Below, piece by piece: positions 48,955 to 58,886 of a stretch of 64,000 bases of DNA. The notes under the pieces are model-generated. The model worked only from the letters and a program-made list of their open reading frames with translations. It was not told the origin of the DNA and did no database searches. Source of the DNA: an uncultured Chlamydiales bacterium (GTDB lineage: Bacteria > Chlamydiota > Chlamydiia > Chlamydiales > JAAKFR01); contig OY969414.1 of NCBI GenBank assembly GCA_963699155.1, positions 811,757 through 875,756 of the forward strand. The letters run 5' to 3'. A program made the translations under genes and the position numbers. Position 1 is the first letter of the stretch, and each line of letters starts with the position of its first letter.

Positions 48955-50232
48955 ATGAAAAGAATTTCTCTAATAAGCTGCTGGATGGTATTGTTATTTT
49001 TACTCTTTCTTCCTGCGCCCGCTTTGGCGACCACTTTCGGTTATGTGACAAATCAAACATCCAATACTGTCTCGGTCATTGATACAGCCACAAACACAGT
49101 TGTGGATACCATCCCTGTTGGCACTATGCCCACAGGAATTGCTGTCACCCCCCCCACCCCCCCCAATAATCAATTTGCTTATGTGGCAAATCAAGGGTCA
49201 AATTCTGTCTCAGTCATCTCTACGAGTACAAACACCGTCGTCGCAACTATTTCTGTTGGCACTTCTCCAACTGGGGTAGCGATCACACCCGATGGTTCGC
49301 AAGTCTATGTGACGAATGAAGGATCAGACAATGTCTCCATCATTGCAACAAGCTCTAACACCGTGGTTGCAACGGTTTCTACCGCTCCATTTCAACCAGT
49401 TGCAGTCGCCATTACACCTGATGGTCAATTTGCTCTTGTCATTGCAAATAACTTCGGCCCATTCACTGCTGAAGTTGCTTACATTAATACTACTACACAT
49501 GCGATTACTGCTTCTCCTACGCAATCCTCTAGTGTATTTACGGGTATTGCTATTACGCCTAATGGTGCGACCGCTTATATAGCTAATCTACTACAATCAA
49601 AGGTTGAAATTCTGAATATTGCTACAGCTACTTTTAGTGCTTCGCCTATTAGTTTTTCAAGCACACCATTCGATGTCGCTATTAGCCCCAATGGCAATTT
49701 TGCTTACGTGACCTTGCAAGGCACAAGTAATAGTGTTGCGGTTATTAATACCAGCACAAACATAGTCGTGGCTACAGTTCCTGTTGGTCACACCCCTACT
49801 GGAGATGCCGTCACTCCGGATGGAAACTTTGTCTATGTAGCCAACAACGGAGACACTTCTGTTTCGGTCATTGCTACCAGCTCCAACACAGTTGTAGCTA
49901 CCGTACCTGTAGGCGTCGGCCCCGCATTTATTGCATTCGCAACCGTTAGTGTTCAACCCCCCATCAATGGCAGCTTTACCCAAAGAGTTGATGAGTTTCT
50001 GACCCAGGTCTGTTATGAGAACACGCTCACCTGGTCGCCACCCACAACAGGTCTCCCACCTGTTTCCTACCTCATTTTTGCAGATGCGGCGTTGACGCAA
50101 CAGCTCGGCACCGTTCCAGCAACCGGCCCGCTGGTCTTTCAGGTTTGTTCTACGCATAAACATACCACCTATTTCATCGTGGCTGTCGATGCTTTTGGCG
50201 ATCGTTCGGCCCCCCTGGTGATCACGACATAG
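48955..50232 (+). CDS. Secreted YVTN/YncE beta-propeller protein with FN3-like C-terminal domain
   Basis: Signal peptide; about 7 YVTN/YVAN..VSVI..TNTVVAT repeats. Confidence 0.88.
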   Translation: MKRISLISCWMVLLFLLFLPAPALATTFGYVTNQTSNTVSVIDTATNTVVDTIPVGTMPTGIAVTPPTPPNNQFAYVANQGSNSVSVISTSTNTVVATISVGTSPTGVAITPDGSQVYVTNEGSDNVSIIATSSNTVVATVSTAPFQPVAVAITPDGQFALVIANNFGPFTAEVAYINTTTHAITASPTQSSSVFTGIAITPNGATAYIANLLQSKVEILNIATATFSASPISFSSTPFDVAISPNGNFAYVTLQGTSNSVAVINTSTNIVVATVPVGHTPTGDAVTPDGNFVYVANNGDTSVSVIATSSNTVVATVPVGVGPAFIAFATVSVQPPINGSFTQRVDEFLTQVCYENTLTWSPPTTGLPPVSYLIFADAALTQQLGTVPATGPLVFQVCSTHKHTTYFIVAVDAFGDRSAPLVITT

Positions 50233-50341
50233 GCTAAAACCTTTGGGACGCAATCCTTTGCATCTGTCTAAATATATTTTGAGGTTGTGATTAACTTAAA
50301 AAATCGTTAACATTCTTCAAAAATCAGGTTTCTAAGTAGCT

Positions 50342-51061
50342 ATGGGTTGGAAGTATTTAGATACAGGTGCTCGTTCTGCAGCTGCCAATATGGAGCTTGA
50401 TGCAGCTCTCTTGTCTGATCTGACGGACGAGAAAGACACGATCCTACATCTCTATGATTGGGAAACAGATGCTGCGACCTATGGCCACTTTATCGATCCT
50501 GGACACTTTCTGAATCTCAAAGGGGTGGAAAAACGGAAACTCGATCTAGCTAAGAGACCGACAGGGGGTGGGATTGTCTTTCACAATTGTGACCTCGCCT
50601 TCTCAGTTCTGGTGCCTGCCTCCTCATCCTGGTTCTCCTCTAACCCTCTCGATAACTATGCCTTTGTCAATAGTCGTGTCATCTGGGCGGTGAGCCAGAT
50701 CCTCGATACACCGGCTGCTTTATTGCCGGAGGAGCCGGAAGCGCTCGACGAAGTTTGCCGCAATTTTTGCATGGCGAAGCCGACAAAGTATGATGTCATG
50801 ATTCATGGCAAAAAAATTGGCGGGGCCGCGCAGCGGAAAACTCGCCATGGTTTCTTGCACCAAGGATCGATCGCCATCGGTTTGCTTCCAGAACCCTATC
50901 TCAAGGATGTTTTAGTCGGAGGAACGCAGGTTTTGGAGGGGATGCGCCAAAATAGCTTTACCCTTCTGGGACCCTCCTGGACAGAGAAGCAACTGAAAGA
51001 GGCGAGAAAAACGCTCCGTGCTCTTTTGCAAAAGGCCTTTTCAGATAACTATGGCTCTTAG
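50342..51061 (+). CDS. Lipoate-protein ligase family protein
   Basis: NMELD, RPTGGGIVFH, KIGGAAQRK, HQGSI. Confidence 0.88.
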   Translation: MGWKYLDTGARSAAANMELDAALLSDLTDEKDTILHLYDWETDAATYGHFIDPGHFLNLKGVEKRKLDLAKRPTGGGIVFHNCDLAFSVLVPASSSWFSSNPLDNYAFVNSRVIWAVSQILDTPAALLPEEPEALDEVCRNFCMAKPTKYDVMIHGKKIGGAAQRKTRHGFLHQGSIAIGLLPEPYLKDVLVGGTQVLEGMRQNSFTLLGPSWTEKQLKEARKTLRALLQKAFSDNYGS

Positions 51062-52481
51062 ATTTTGTTTCATTCTCCTAATTTTTTTCAGCAGTGGGCT
51101 TTGGGGCGAAGAAAAAACTGCGCTCATTGTCGGTGATGCTGGAAAAAAAGCAGTCGTTGTTGGTGACAATGAAAAAAATAGCCTCATTGTCTGTGATAAT
51201 GGTCTTGAGATGTTCGGTTGGGATCTGGAGTTTCTCAGCCACGCAGAGCACTCTGTAGAGGCGCTCGTCTGCTTTTTTGGAGGAAGTACAGCTCGGACTC
51301 TGCTGGCGGCCATGGAGAAGAGAATCGAAGAGGTGGCTGCGCTTCAAGTCTATCTGCTCGCCTCGCCTGTGATGATGGCTCAAGAGGATTGGATCACGCT
51401 CAATAGGCTCAAGAGCCGTTTTCCCAAGAACTTTCATGTCCAATTATCGACACAGGTTCTCAAAATTTTTCCCGATGTGGCGACAATCGATAACCATGTG
51501 AAACTCTTTATCGTCGATGAGCACTACTTTTCAGCAGGAGGCACCAATTTTGAAGAGGCCCACTGCTCCAATGGCACTTTCACACCCGATAGGGAAAAGA
51601 GAGAAAATGTCCAAGGCGATAGCTTCTTACCTGCGGGAATGAGAGATCAGGATGTGGTGGGGCGCGGACCCCTAGCAAAAGAGCTGCGCTACGCTTTCTT
51701 TCAGTATTTCTCGCTCTGGGAAGATTACAATAGAACTAAGCGTCTCCGAGAAGATCCCCACCATTTTTCTAACAATGCACACTACTTTCCCCTCATCGGG
51801 CCCTCTCTTTGGGTTGACTCATTTGAAAATTTCGAGAGGAAAATCGAATTGGAAAGAGATGCCCTTCACTGCATCTTTGGAGGTCCTCACCAGAAAAGCA
51901 ATGCGATCACAGAAGAATATGTGCGCTTGATTCGGCTCGCTAAAGAGGAGATCCTCATCTCGCATCTTTATTTTTTCCCAGCAGAGCCGATTTTTCAGGC
52001 GTTGCTCGAAGCGGTCAATCGGGGTGTGAAGGTGACCATTCTGACAAATGGCCTCGATGAGCACTCCTGCGAAGGAGCGAAACTCTTTGCCTGGGCCAAT
52101 CGCCTCTCCTATGTCCCTCTTTTTTATGGGAGAACTTTTCATATTTGGGATTATTACAAAATCTCTCAGTTACCGCTAACTTCTTGCGAAATTTATGAAT
52201 ATGCCATCCCCAATGTGGTTCTCCACAAGAAAACGATGTTGGTAGATAGAAAGTATTTTCTGGTGGGCAGTTATAATCTGGGAACGAAAAGTGCGATGGG
52301 AGATTATGAGCTTGTCTTATCGATCAACTCTCCAGATGTGGCTGAGGCTATTTTCCAGATCCATCTCATCGATCGAAGCCATTCCAGGAGAGTCGCTCCC
52401 GATAAGGCAGTGCAATGGTACTTTGATCCGCTGATTTCCTCTTGGGGTGAACTGCAGAAACGGTTCGGTGGATTACTGTGA
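51051..52481 (+). CDS. Phospholipase D family protein
   Basis: HVKLFIVD..GGTN and HKKTMLVD..GSYN; signal peptide. Confidence 0.9.
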   Translation: MALRFCFILLIFFSSGLWGEEKTALIVGDAGKKAVVVGDNEKNSLIVCDNGLEMFGWDLEFLSHAEHSVEALVCFFGGSTARTLLAAMEKRIEEVAALQVYLLASPVMMAQEDWITLNRLKSRFPKNFHVQLSTQVLKIFPDVATIDNHVKLFIVDEHYFSAGGTNFEEAHCSNGTFTPDREKRENVQGDSFLPAGMRDQDVVGRGPLAKELRYAFFQYFSLWEDYNRTKRLREDPHHFSNNAHYFPLIGPSLWVDSFENFERKIELERDALHCIFGGPHQKSNAITEEYVRLIRLAKEEILISHLYFFPAEPIFQALLEAVNRGVKVTILTNGLDEHSCEGAKLFAWANRLSYVPLFYGRTFHIWDYYKISQLPLTSCEIYEYAIPNVVLHKKTMLVDRKYFLVGSYNLGTKSAMGDYELVLSINSPDVAEAIFQIHLIDRSHSRRVAPDKAVQWYFDPLISSWGELQKRFGGLL

Positions 52482-53842
52482 GGTCATTTCTTTTTCTTAT
52501 CTGTTGCTTTTTGACATGCGCTTTTGCAGAGGCAGAGACCAATCAAATCATTGCCACTGACAATGGCCTGGAGATGTTCCATTGGGATCTCGACTTTGTC
52601 CGTGAGGCTAAAGAGTCAATCGAGATCTCTGCTGGCTTATTTGGTGGAGAGATCGCCCGGAAGCTGCTCAGTGCGATCGAAACTCGCCTCGAACAAGTTT
52701 CCGAACTGCAGGTTTTTCTTTTAACGAGCCCCATTTTACTGGAGAAAGAGGATTGGCAGATCATCGAGCGGCTAAGGCAAAGGTTTCCCAGAAATTTTCA
52801 TATCGAACATGCCTCTACTGTTGTCGTCATTTGGCCTGATGTTTCTGGCATCGACAACCATGTCAAAATGATCATCGTAGATGAAAAGTACTTTTCCGCA
52901 GGCGGGACTAATTTAGACGAGTCGCAGTGTTCTGAAGGGACGTGGACTCCAGAAAAAAGTTACAATAAACTGCCAGTCATCTCCAACAACCTTCCTGCAG
53001 CGATGCGAGACCAAGATATTGTGGGAAAAGGGCCTCTTGCTACAACCTTGCGGCACAATTTTTATAAGATGTATGCCTTGTGGGAATATTACAATCAGAC
53101 GGGCCGCTTAGAAAAGGATCCCGAAAAATTTAGAGGAAAGACACGCTATTTTCCTGTGGACAATCAAGCCCATGTCGAAAGGTTTGAATTATCCAGTCAG
53201 ACTCGCACCATAAATAACCCGCAGATCAAAGTCTACATTGGAGGGCCTCATCAAAAGCAGAATGAGATCTCCCAGGAGTATATTCGTCTCATTGAATCGG
53301 CTCGAGATGAAATTATTCTCTCTCATCTCTATTTTTGCCCCGTCGATCCCATTTTCAATGCTCTACTTGCTGCAGTGAACCGGGGAGTCAAATTGACCGT
53401 TCTGACCAATGGTGTCAGCGAAATAGCGCCTCAGTACACCCAATACTTCTGCTGGGCTAATCGGATGAACTATGTCCCCATGTTTTATGGCAATACCTAC
53501 CATTTTTGGGATGTTTGGTCCCTAGCGAGTAAACCGGTTAAAAAAACAAGAATTTATGAATACCATGTCGCCGATGTCGTTCTGCACAAAAAGGTGATGA
53601 TCGTCGATGGTCGAAAAGCGATCGTGGGCAGCTACAACCTAGGGACCCGTAGCGAGATCGGCGATTATGAGATGATCTTCAGCATCGACTCTCCGGAGCT
53701 CGCAGCCGACCTAAAAAAAATCCATGAAAAAGATATCCGCTACTCCCGCGAGGTCTCTCCCCAAGAGGCCCGCGACTGGTACTTCGACCCCGTCAAATCC
53801 TACCTCGGCGAAATACAAAAACGGTTCCACGGCCTCATCTAA
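52478..53842 (+). CDS. Phospholipase D family protein (tandem paralog)
   Basis: HVKMIIVD and HKKVMIVD; signal peptide. Confidence 0.9.
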   Translation: MRSFLFLICCFLTCAFAEAETNQIIATDNGLEMFHWDLDFVREAKESIEISAGLFGGEIARKLLSAIETRLEQVSELQVFLLTSPILLEKEDWQIIERLRQRFPRNFHIEHASTVVVIWPDVSGIDNHVKMIIVDEKYFSAGGTNLDESQCSEGTWTPEKSYNKLPVISNNLPAAMRDQDIVGKGPLATTLRHNFYKMYALWEYYNQTGRLEKDPEKFRGKTRYFPVDNQAHVERFELSSQTRTINNPQIKVYIGGPHQKQNEISQEYIRLIESARDEIILSHLYFCPVDPIFNALLAAVNRGVKLTVLTNGVSEIAPQYTQYFCWANRMNYVPMFYGNTYHFWDVWSLASKPVKKTRIYEYHVADVVLHKKVMIVDGRKAIVGSYNLGTRSEIGDYEMIFSIDSPELAADLKKIHEKDIRYSREVSPQEARDWYFDPVKSYLGEIQKRFHGLI

Positions 53843-55755
53843 CCCCGGCTAATTGAGATGCTATTTGACGCCAGCTCATTTAGATGCTGACGACGAGGGG
53901 GGGTAGATCGAATTCCTGCTGCATCCACTGCGACGATGTAATAGGTCGCATGCGCTGTCTTTGAGCAAACGACAAAGACAAGTGGTCCAGAAGCTGGCAC
54001 TGTGCCCAAAACTTGAGTCAAGGCAGCATCACTAAAAATGATATAGGAAACGGGTGGAGAACCACTGGTCGGAGGCGACCAGGTGATCGTGTTTTCATAG
54101 CAGACTTGGGTCAAAAATTTGTCCACAGTTTGAGAAATCGTTCCGTTGGTAGGGGGGCCCGGGACAAAACTGATGGCAAGCGATGTGGCAGCAAAATCTG
54201 CCCCATGATTACTGAAGGTTTGTCCTGTGAATGTGCTTGAGCTCGCGATCGAGGTGCCAGCACTATTGACTACCTGGAGAGTGACAGTGAAAGGTCCGCT
54301 CGAGGCATAGGTATGAGAAACGGTGGGCGCAGTTGTGGTTACTGGGGGAGATCCATCTCCAAAATTCCAGATGTAAGAGGCAATGGTACCTACAGGTGAC
54401 ACAGACCCAGAGCCATCAAATAGGGCGGTATTGCCTGGAGCTATTGTCGCTGTGAATCGTGCCACCGGTGCTTGGTCTGGCGTAATACAGGGCCATTGGC
54501 TGTCAGTATCGTTGACAGAAGGGAGATTAAATGTAGTAGCCAAATGGGAAGAGGGTAATCCATCTACGCGTGTAACGGTTGTCGTAACGCTATCTGTTAC
54601 AAAGGCAGTCTTTGAATCAGGTGTCAGCCAAACGCCGAGAGGGGTAGTGTTAACAACAGGTAAAGTAAAACCATGAGTTGGAGACGATACAGTGACATCC
54701 AACTGTTGAAGAGTGTGTGCTCCGTGAAAGTTGCCGAGATCATAAGCAAAATTATTATCACGCGAAGCATCGAGTTCTGTCTGTAGCACACTGTTCGTTG
54801 AAGTTGATGCTAAGAATAGGGGAATGAAGTCAAAAGTTTGGAAGAGCGTATTGTGAGCATCTATGAGGATACCAAAATCTTGGTTTGGCTTCATCGTAAT
54901 CCAACCAGGGATGCCTGATGAGGGCAATGACGTTGTGCTACTCACGTCATCTGTTGAAGTATTGATTTTATATAACTTGCCTAAAGTAGCTCCTCCGATG
55001 AAGGCAGCCAGCCCATCAGGTTGAAATGCGACTCCAATACTGCTGTCACCAGCTGCCAACTGAGTCATCACTGATGTTAGTGTAGGGCTTGCTGGAGTTG
55101 TCAGATTGACAACGGCGTAACTGGCATTCGTGGCCCCATCTGTGATGTAAGCTTTTGGCTGGGTAGGAGAGATAGCCATGACATTGGGATTTTGAAGAGT
55201 GAGATTTAGAGTTCCTGCCACTGAATGGGAGGCTATATCGATCACGGTCAGCGAATCACTGCCAGCTGGCACGTTACTCACTACATAAGCATATTTGCCA
55301 AAGGGGTCGATCACTACATCTACTGGACTCGTCCCTGAAACAGGTATCGGAGAAGGATTTAACGCATGTGCATTCACGCTATAGGTATAAACGTGGTTCT
55401 GATTCACCACTGGAATAACGAGTGTCCAGTCGCCTTTGAATGTATAGAAGTCATTGGGGTGGTTAGGAGGGGAGGAGCCTGCAGGTGTGGTGACGACCAC
55501 CGTTACATTCTCCGGTACATGAGGAATTGCATTGATGTTGGAGATATCAATCGTTGAATCGTTCACAACAGTAAAAGAAGCGACCGAGGCCCCATCGACA
55601 GTCACTGAGGTAACGCCCGTAAACCCACTTCCGGAAATCACTACAGGAACAACGCCTGTATCAGCTTCAGTGTTGGGGGTAATATTTGTAATGAGCGGGA
55701 CTGCCGATAAAAAAGGACATATCGAGAAAAACAGCAGAATCAGAACTTGCTTCAT
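53839..55755 (-). CDS. Secreted IPT/TIG + beta-propeller + PKD protein with FN3-like C-terminal domain
   Basis: Signal peptide, ISGSGFTG, WNFGDG..SHTY PKD motif; tail probably frameshifted at a G7 run. Confidence 0.85.
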   Translation of the reverse strand: MKQVLILLFFSICPFLSAVPLITNITPNTEADTGVVPVVISGSGFTGVTSVTVDGASVASFTVVNDSTIDISNINAIPHVPENVTVVVTTPAGSSPPNHPNDFYTFKGDWTLVIPVVNQNHVYTYSVNAHALNPSPIPVSGTSPVDVVIDPFGKYAYVVSNVPAGSDSLTVIDIASHSVAGTLNLTLQNPNVMAISPTQPKAYITDGATNASYAVVNLTTPASPTLTSVMTQLAAGDSSIGVAFQPDGLAAFIGGATLGKLYKINTSTDDVSSTTSLPSSGIPGWITMKPNQDFGILIDAHNTLFQTFDFIPLFLASTSTNSVLQTELDASRDNNFAYDLGNFHGAHTLQQLDVTVSSPTHGFTLPVVNTTPLGVWLTPDSKTAFVTDSVTTTVTRVDGLPSSHLATTFNLPSVNDTDSQWPCITPDQAPVARFTATIAPGNTALFDGSGSVSPVGTIASYIWNFGDGSPPVTTTAPTVSHTYASSGPFTVTLQVVNSAGTSIASSSTFTGQTFSNHGADFAATSLAISFVPGPPTNGTISQTVDKFLTQVCYENTITWSPPTSGSPPVSYIIFSDAALTQVLGTVPASGPLVFVVCSKTAHATYYIVAVDAAGIRSTPPRRQHLNELASNSISISRG

Positions 55756-55874
55756 AGTGATCTCAAAAATCAAGAAGCTATTAAGTTGTCAAAGAAAAAA
55801 ATAAATACAATATCTAAGGCGAGCTCGTCATTTATTGGCGAGTGGGGTATGATGGTCGGTAAAATTGAGTGGTT

Positions 55875-57890
55875 ATGTTGCAGTTTTTTCGGAAGTACCA
55901 AAAGTTTTTCTTTCTCTTTGTGACGATTGTGATCGTCTTTACCTTTGTCTTTTTTGGGACCTACCAGACGATAGCGCCGGCATTTAGAGAGAAGGGGGAG
56001 GAGGACTATGTCACACAGATGGTCCGTTTTTTGGAGACGGAGCAGTGGATGGGTTCACGAAGGATCTTTGGAGCTAACTTTCTCAACGATGGGGTTGTGT
56101 CGGAAGATTTTTTAGCAACTGGGATGGGTGCGCTGATCGCGGCAGCCTCTCCTGAGCGCTTTCAAGAAGAGTTTCAGGAAAGAGTGGTCAAAGAAAAGGA
56201 GTATCAGCCCTATGTGCATCCGGCAATGCCCTCTCTAAGTGCGGAGATGATCTGGTCGATCTTTGCACCTGATATGGCGGAGGCGTTTGGAAAGCTACAG
56301 CAAGGGGATGGCGGATTTAGTGAGAGAAAGGCCCTTTTTCTTGCTCAGAAGCAATTTCCGCCTGCTTTCTTTAGCCAAGTGGTCCGCTATCAAGAGCAGA
56401 GTAATCCCAGATGCCCTCCAGATCCCCGATTAGCACGAGAGGATGTGGCTCTCTTTGGCTACCAGACGCTCAGTGACTGGTTTGGCCCCAAATATGTTGA
56501 AAGTGTGGCCGAGCTGATTATCAAAGGTGCTAAGAAAGCGAAGCAGTTAGGGTATAAGACATCGAAAAAGGAGGTCATGGCTGACCTTCTCTTCCGCAGT
56601 CAGGAGACCTTTCAAGCTGTGAACGGGAAAATTCCTTTGCCTGTCCAAGATGGGCGCGGGCTGATGCAACTCTATCTCCGGCAGATCGGGATGACCGAGG
56701 AGACGGCTCTCAAAATCTGGGAAGATGTGACGCTATTCCGTAGGCTGTTGCACGCTGTAGGGGATGCTGCGCTCATCGATCCGCTCGCTTTGAGCCGATT
56801 CTATGCTTTTGCTTTTGAGAATGCGACTGTTGAGCTCTATCAATTACCCGTAGAATATCGTCTGAAGTCGCTTGCCGAGCTGGAGGAGTTTGAGAGCTAC
56901 CTGGCGGCTGTGAGTCAGAAGGGAAAAGTGCTCGATATTCCGGCGGATTATGCAGCTTTAGAGACGATTCTTGAAAGGGCTCCAGAACTTGTGGGAAGGC
57001 GCTATACTGTCCAATTTGCACAAACTTCAAAGAAGGCGCTTGAGGCTAAAGTGAGCCTCAAAGAGACTTTGGACTGGGAATGTGATGCCGCACATTGGGC
57101 TGCGATCGCACAACAGTTCCCCGAACTGGCTGAGAAAAGTGGCACTCCCTTCGAGATTTTAGAAAAAATGGAAGCGAAGGGCAAAAAGCTGGTCGATGTG
57201 TTTGCACGCAAGAAGATCGTGGAAAGCCATCCTGAATGGATTCAAGAAGCCCTCCTTGGCCAAGAAATGGAGGAGAGAGAGCTCTTCCTCACCACTGTTA
57301 AGCAAAAGCTCTTTGACGGGCTGACACAACCGAAGAAGCTGGCGGCTGCATTTGAACAGGATAAGGAGTTGTTGAGCTATACAGAGGATCAGCAACACTA
57401 TTTCCGTTTCTCATTGAAGGAGAGAGGTGAGGCTCAGGAGATTCTCACCTTTAAAGAGGCTCAGAAATTGGGTCTATTGGCCAAATTGGCTGAACAGATG
57501 GAGGGGAAGAAGCTAGCGCAGCACGTTGTAGAAGCCTGTCCAGCCTCTTTTCAAGAGATCCCTTTCGCTTACCGTTTTGCCACCTTTATGTCGACGCACC
57601 ATTTTAATCCCCCTACAGGTAGCTTAGAGAAGCAATTCATGCCTGAAAAGCGGGAAAGAACAGTGACGCGCTGTGAAAAAAGCTTCATCCCACTAGACGA
57701 GGTCTTAGCTTTGAAACCAGGTCAATTGTCGCACGTGAAGGTCGATGAGGCTGAAGGTGCCTATCTCTATCGCTGCGTCGACAAAAAGGTCGACAGGACA
57801 CTGCCTCTGGAGAAGCTGCAAGAAGCGGAAAAGATGCTCTCTCAAGAGGCGCGCGCTATCTACTTTAAAACGCTTCTGAGCGATGCTTGA
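55875..57890 (+). CDS. Conserved chlamydial protein with SurA/PpiD-like N-terminal anchor
   Basis: MLQFFRKYQK plus one TM; position between PLD and gcvH. Confidence 0.65.
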   Translation: MLQFFRKYQKFFFLFVTIVIVFTFVFFGTYQTIAPAFREKGEEDYVTQMVRFLETEQWMGSRRIFGANFLNDGVVSEDFLATGMGALIAAASPERFQEEFQERVVKEKEYQPYVHPAMPSLSAEMIWSIFAPDMAEAFGKLQQGDGGFSERKALFLAQKQFPPAFFSQVVRYQEQSNPRCPPDPRLAREDVALFGYQTLSDWFGPKYVESVAELIIKGAKKAKQLGYKTSKKEVMADLLFRSQETFQAVNGKIPLPVQDGRGLMQLYLRQIGMTEETALKIWEDVTLFRRLLHAVGDAALIDPLALSRFYAFAFENATVELYQLPVEYRLKSLAELEEFESYLAAVSQKGKVLDIPADYAALETILERAPELVGRRYTVQFAQTSKKALEAKVSLKETLDWECDAAHWAAIAQQFPELAEKSGTPFEILEKMEAKGKKLVDVFARKKIVESHPEWIQEALLGQEMEERELFLTTVKQKLFDGLTQPKKLAAAFEQDKELLSYTEDQQHYFRFSLKERGEAQEILTFKEAQKLGLLAKLAEQMEGKKLAQHVVEACPASFQEIPFAYRFATFMSTHHFNPPTGSLEKQFMPEKRERTVTRCEKSFIPLDEVLALKPGQLSHVKVDEAEGAYLYRCVDKKVDRTLPLEKLQEAEKMLSQEARAIYFKTLLSDA

Positions 57891-58521
57891 AGATATAGTT
57901 CCGCTAGAGCCCGTCCATTTTTTTGCCTTTCAGATGGATTGTCACGCCACAAAAATGGGGCAACTGGATAAAAGGCATCTTCTGCCAGATCTGGAGTCCT
58001 TTCACGAAGAATCGCCCTTCGCAACGGTGGCGATGGGCTGGAGTGAGAAGGGGATCTATCTGCTCGTCAGCGTCGAGGCCCCTTTCGATGCGCCCGATTT
58101 TCCCAAATTGAGTGAAGCTGATTCCATCGAACTCTTTTTCGATACCCGCGATGTGAAGACAACCGGTTTTACCACACGCTTCTGTCACCATTTCTTTTTC
58201 CTTCCCCTCCCCGTACAAACTAATGGGGAGGCTATCCAAGCTGGTGAGGTAAGCCGCTTTCGCACCGATGATGTCCACCCTTTGTGTGATCCCTCACTTC
58301 TTGAGGTGAGTTCCACAAAGGAGAAAAAAAGGCAGCAGGTGCATATTTTTATTCCTTCGGAATGTCTGCATGGATATGATCCCACTCTGTTTGATCGGAT
58401 CGGTTTTACCTATCGGATCAATCGGAGCAGTGGCTCAAAGCAATATTTCTCCGCAAGTGGAGCCGACTTTTCCGTAGAAAGTCAGCCCTCCCTGTGGGCA
58501 AGTTTTAAATTAGTCAAATGA
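57883..58521 (+). CDS. Hypothetical protein (DOMON/CBM9-like)
   Basis: W..KGIYL, DSIELFFDTRD, CHHF, IGFTY. Confidence 0.55.
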   Translation: MLEDIVPLEPVHFFAFQMDCHATKMGQLDKRHLLPDLESFHEESPFATVAMGWSEKGIYLLVSVEAPFDAPDFPKLSEADSIELFFDTRDVKTTGFTTRFCHHFFFLPLPVQTNGEAIQAGEVSRFRTDDVHPLCDPSLLEVSSTKEKKRQQVHIFIPSECLHGYDPTLFDRIGFTYRINRSSGSKQYFSASGADFSVESQPSLWASFKLVK

Positions 58522-58886
58522 CAAAATATACACCCTCACACGAGTGGATCAATGTCGATGGCAATATTGCCACTGTAGGAATCACAGCGTTTGCCCAAAA
58601 AGAGCTGGGCGAGGTGGTCTATGCCGAGCTGCCCTCCGTCGGGGCAGATGTCCAGGCAGGACAACCCATCGTTGTTCTAGAATCAACCAAAGCAGCTGTC
58701 GACATCTACACACCAGTCTCAGGCACTATCCTCGCCGTCAACAATAACTTAAAAAGCTCCCCTCAATTGGTCAACAGCGATGCTGAAGGGTCAGGCTGGC
58801 TCTTAAAAATAGATCTGAGTCACCCTGAAGAAATGAAGAGCTTCATGGATAAATCCGCTTACAACGCTTACATTAATAAACACTAA
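58518..58886 (+). CDS. gcvH: Glycine cleavage H / lipoyl carrier protein
   Basis: YT.SHEW, VGIT.FAQ.ELG, ESTKAA lipoyl Lys. Confidence 0.94.
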   Translation: MTKYTPSHEWINVDGNIATVGITAFAQKELGEVVYAELPSVGADVQAGQPIVVLESTKAAVDIYTPVSGTILAVNNNLKSSPQLVNSDAEGSGWLLKIDLSHPEEMKSFMDKSAYNAYINKH

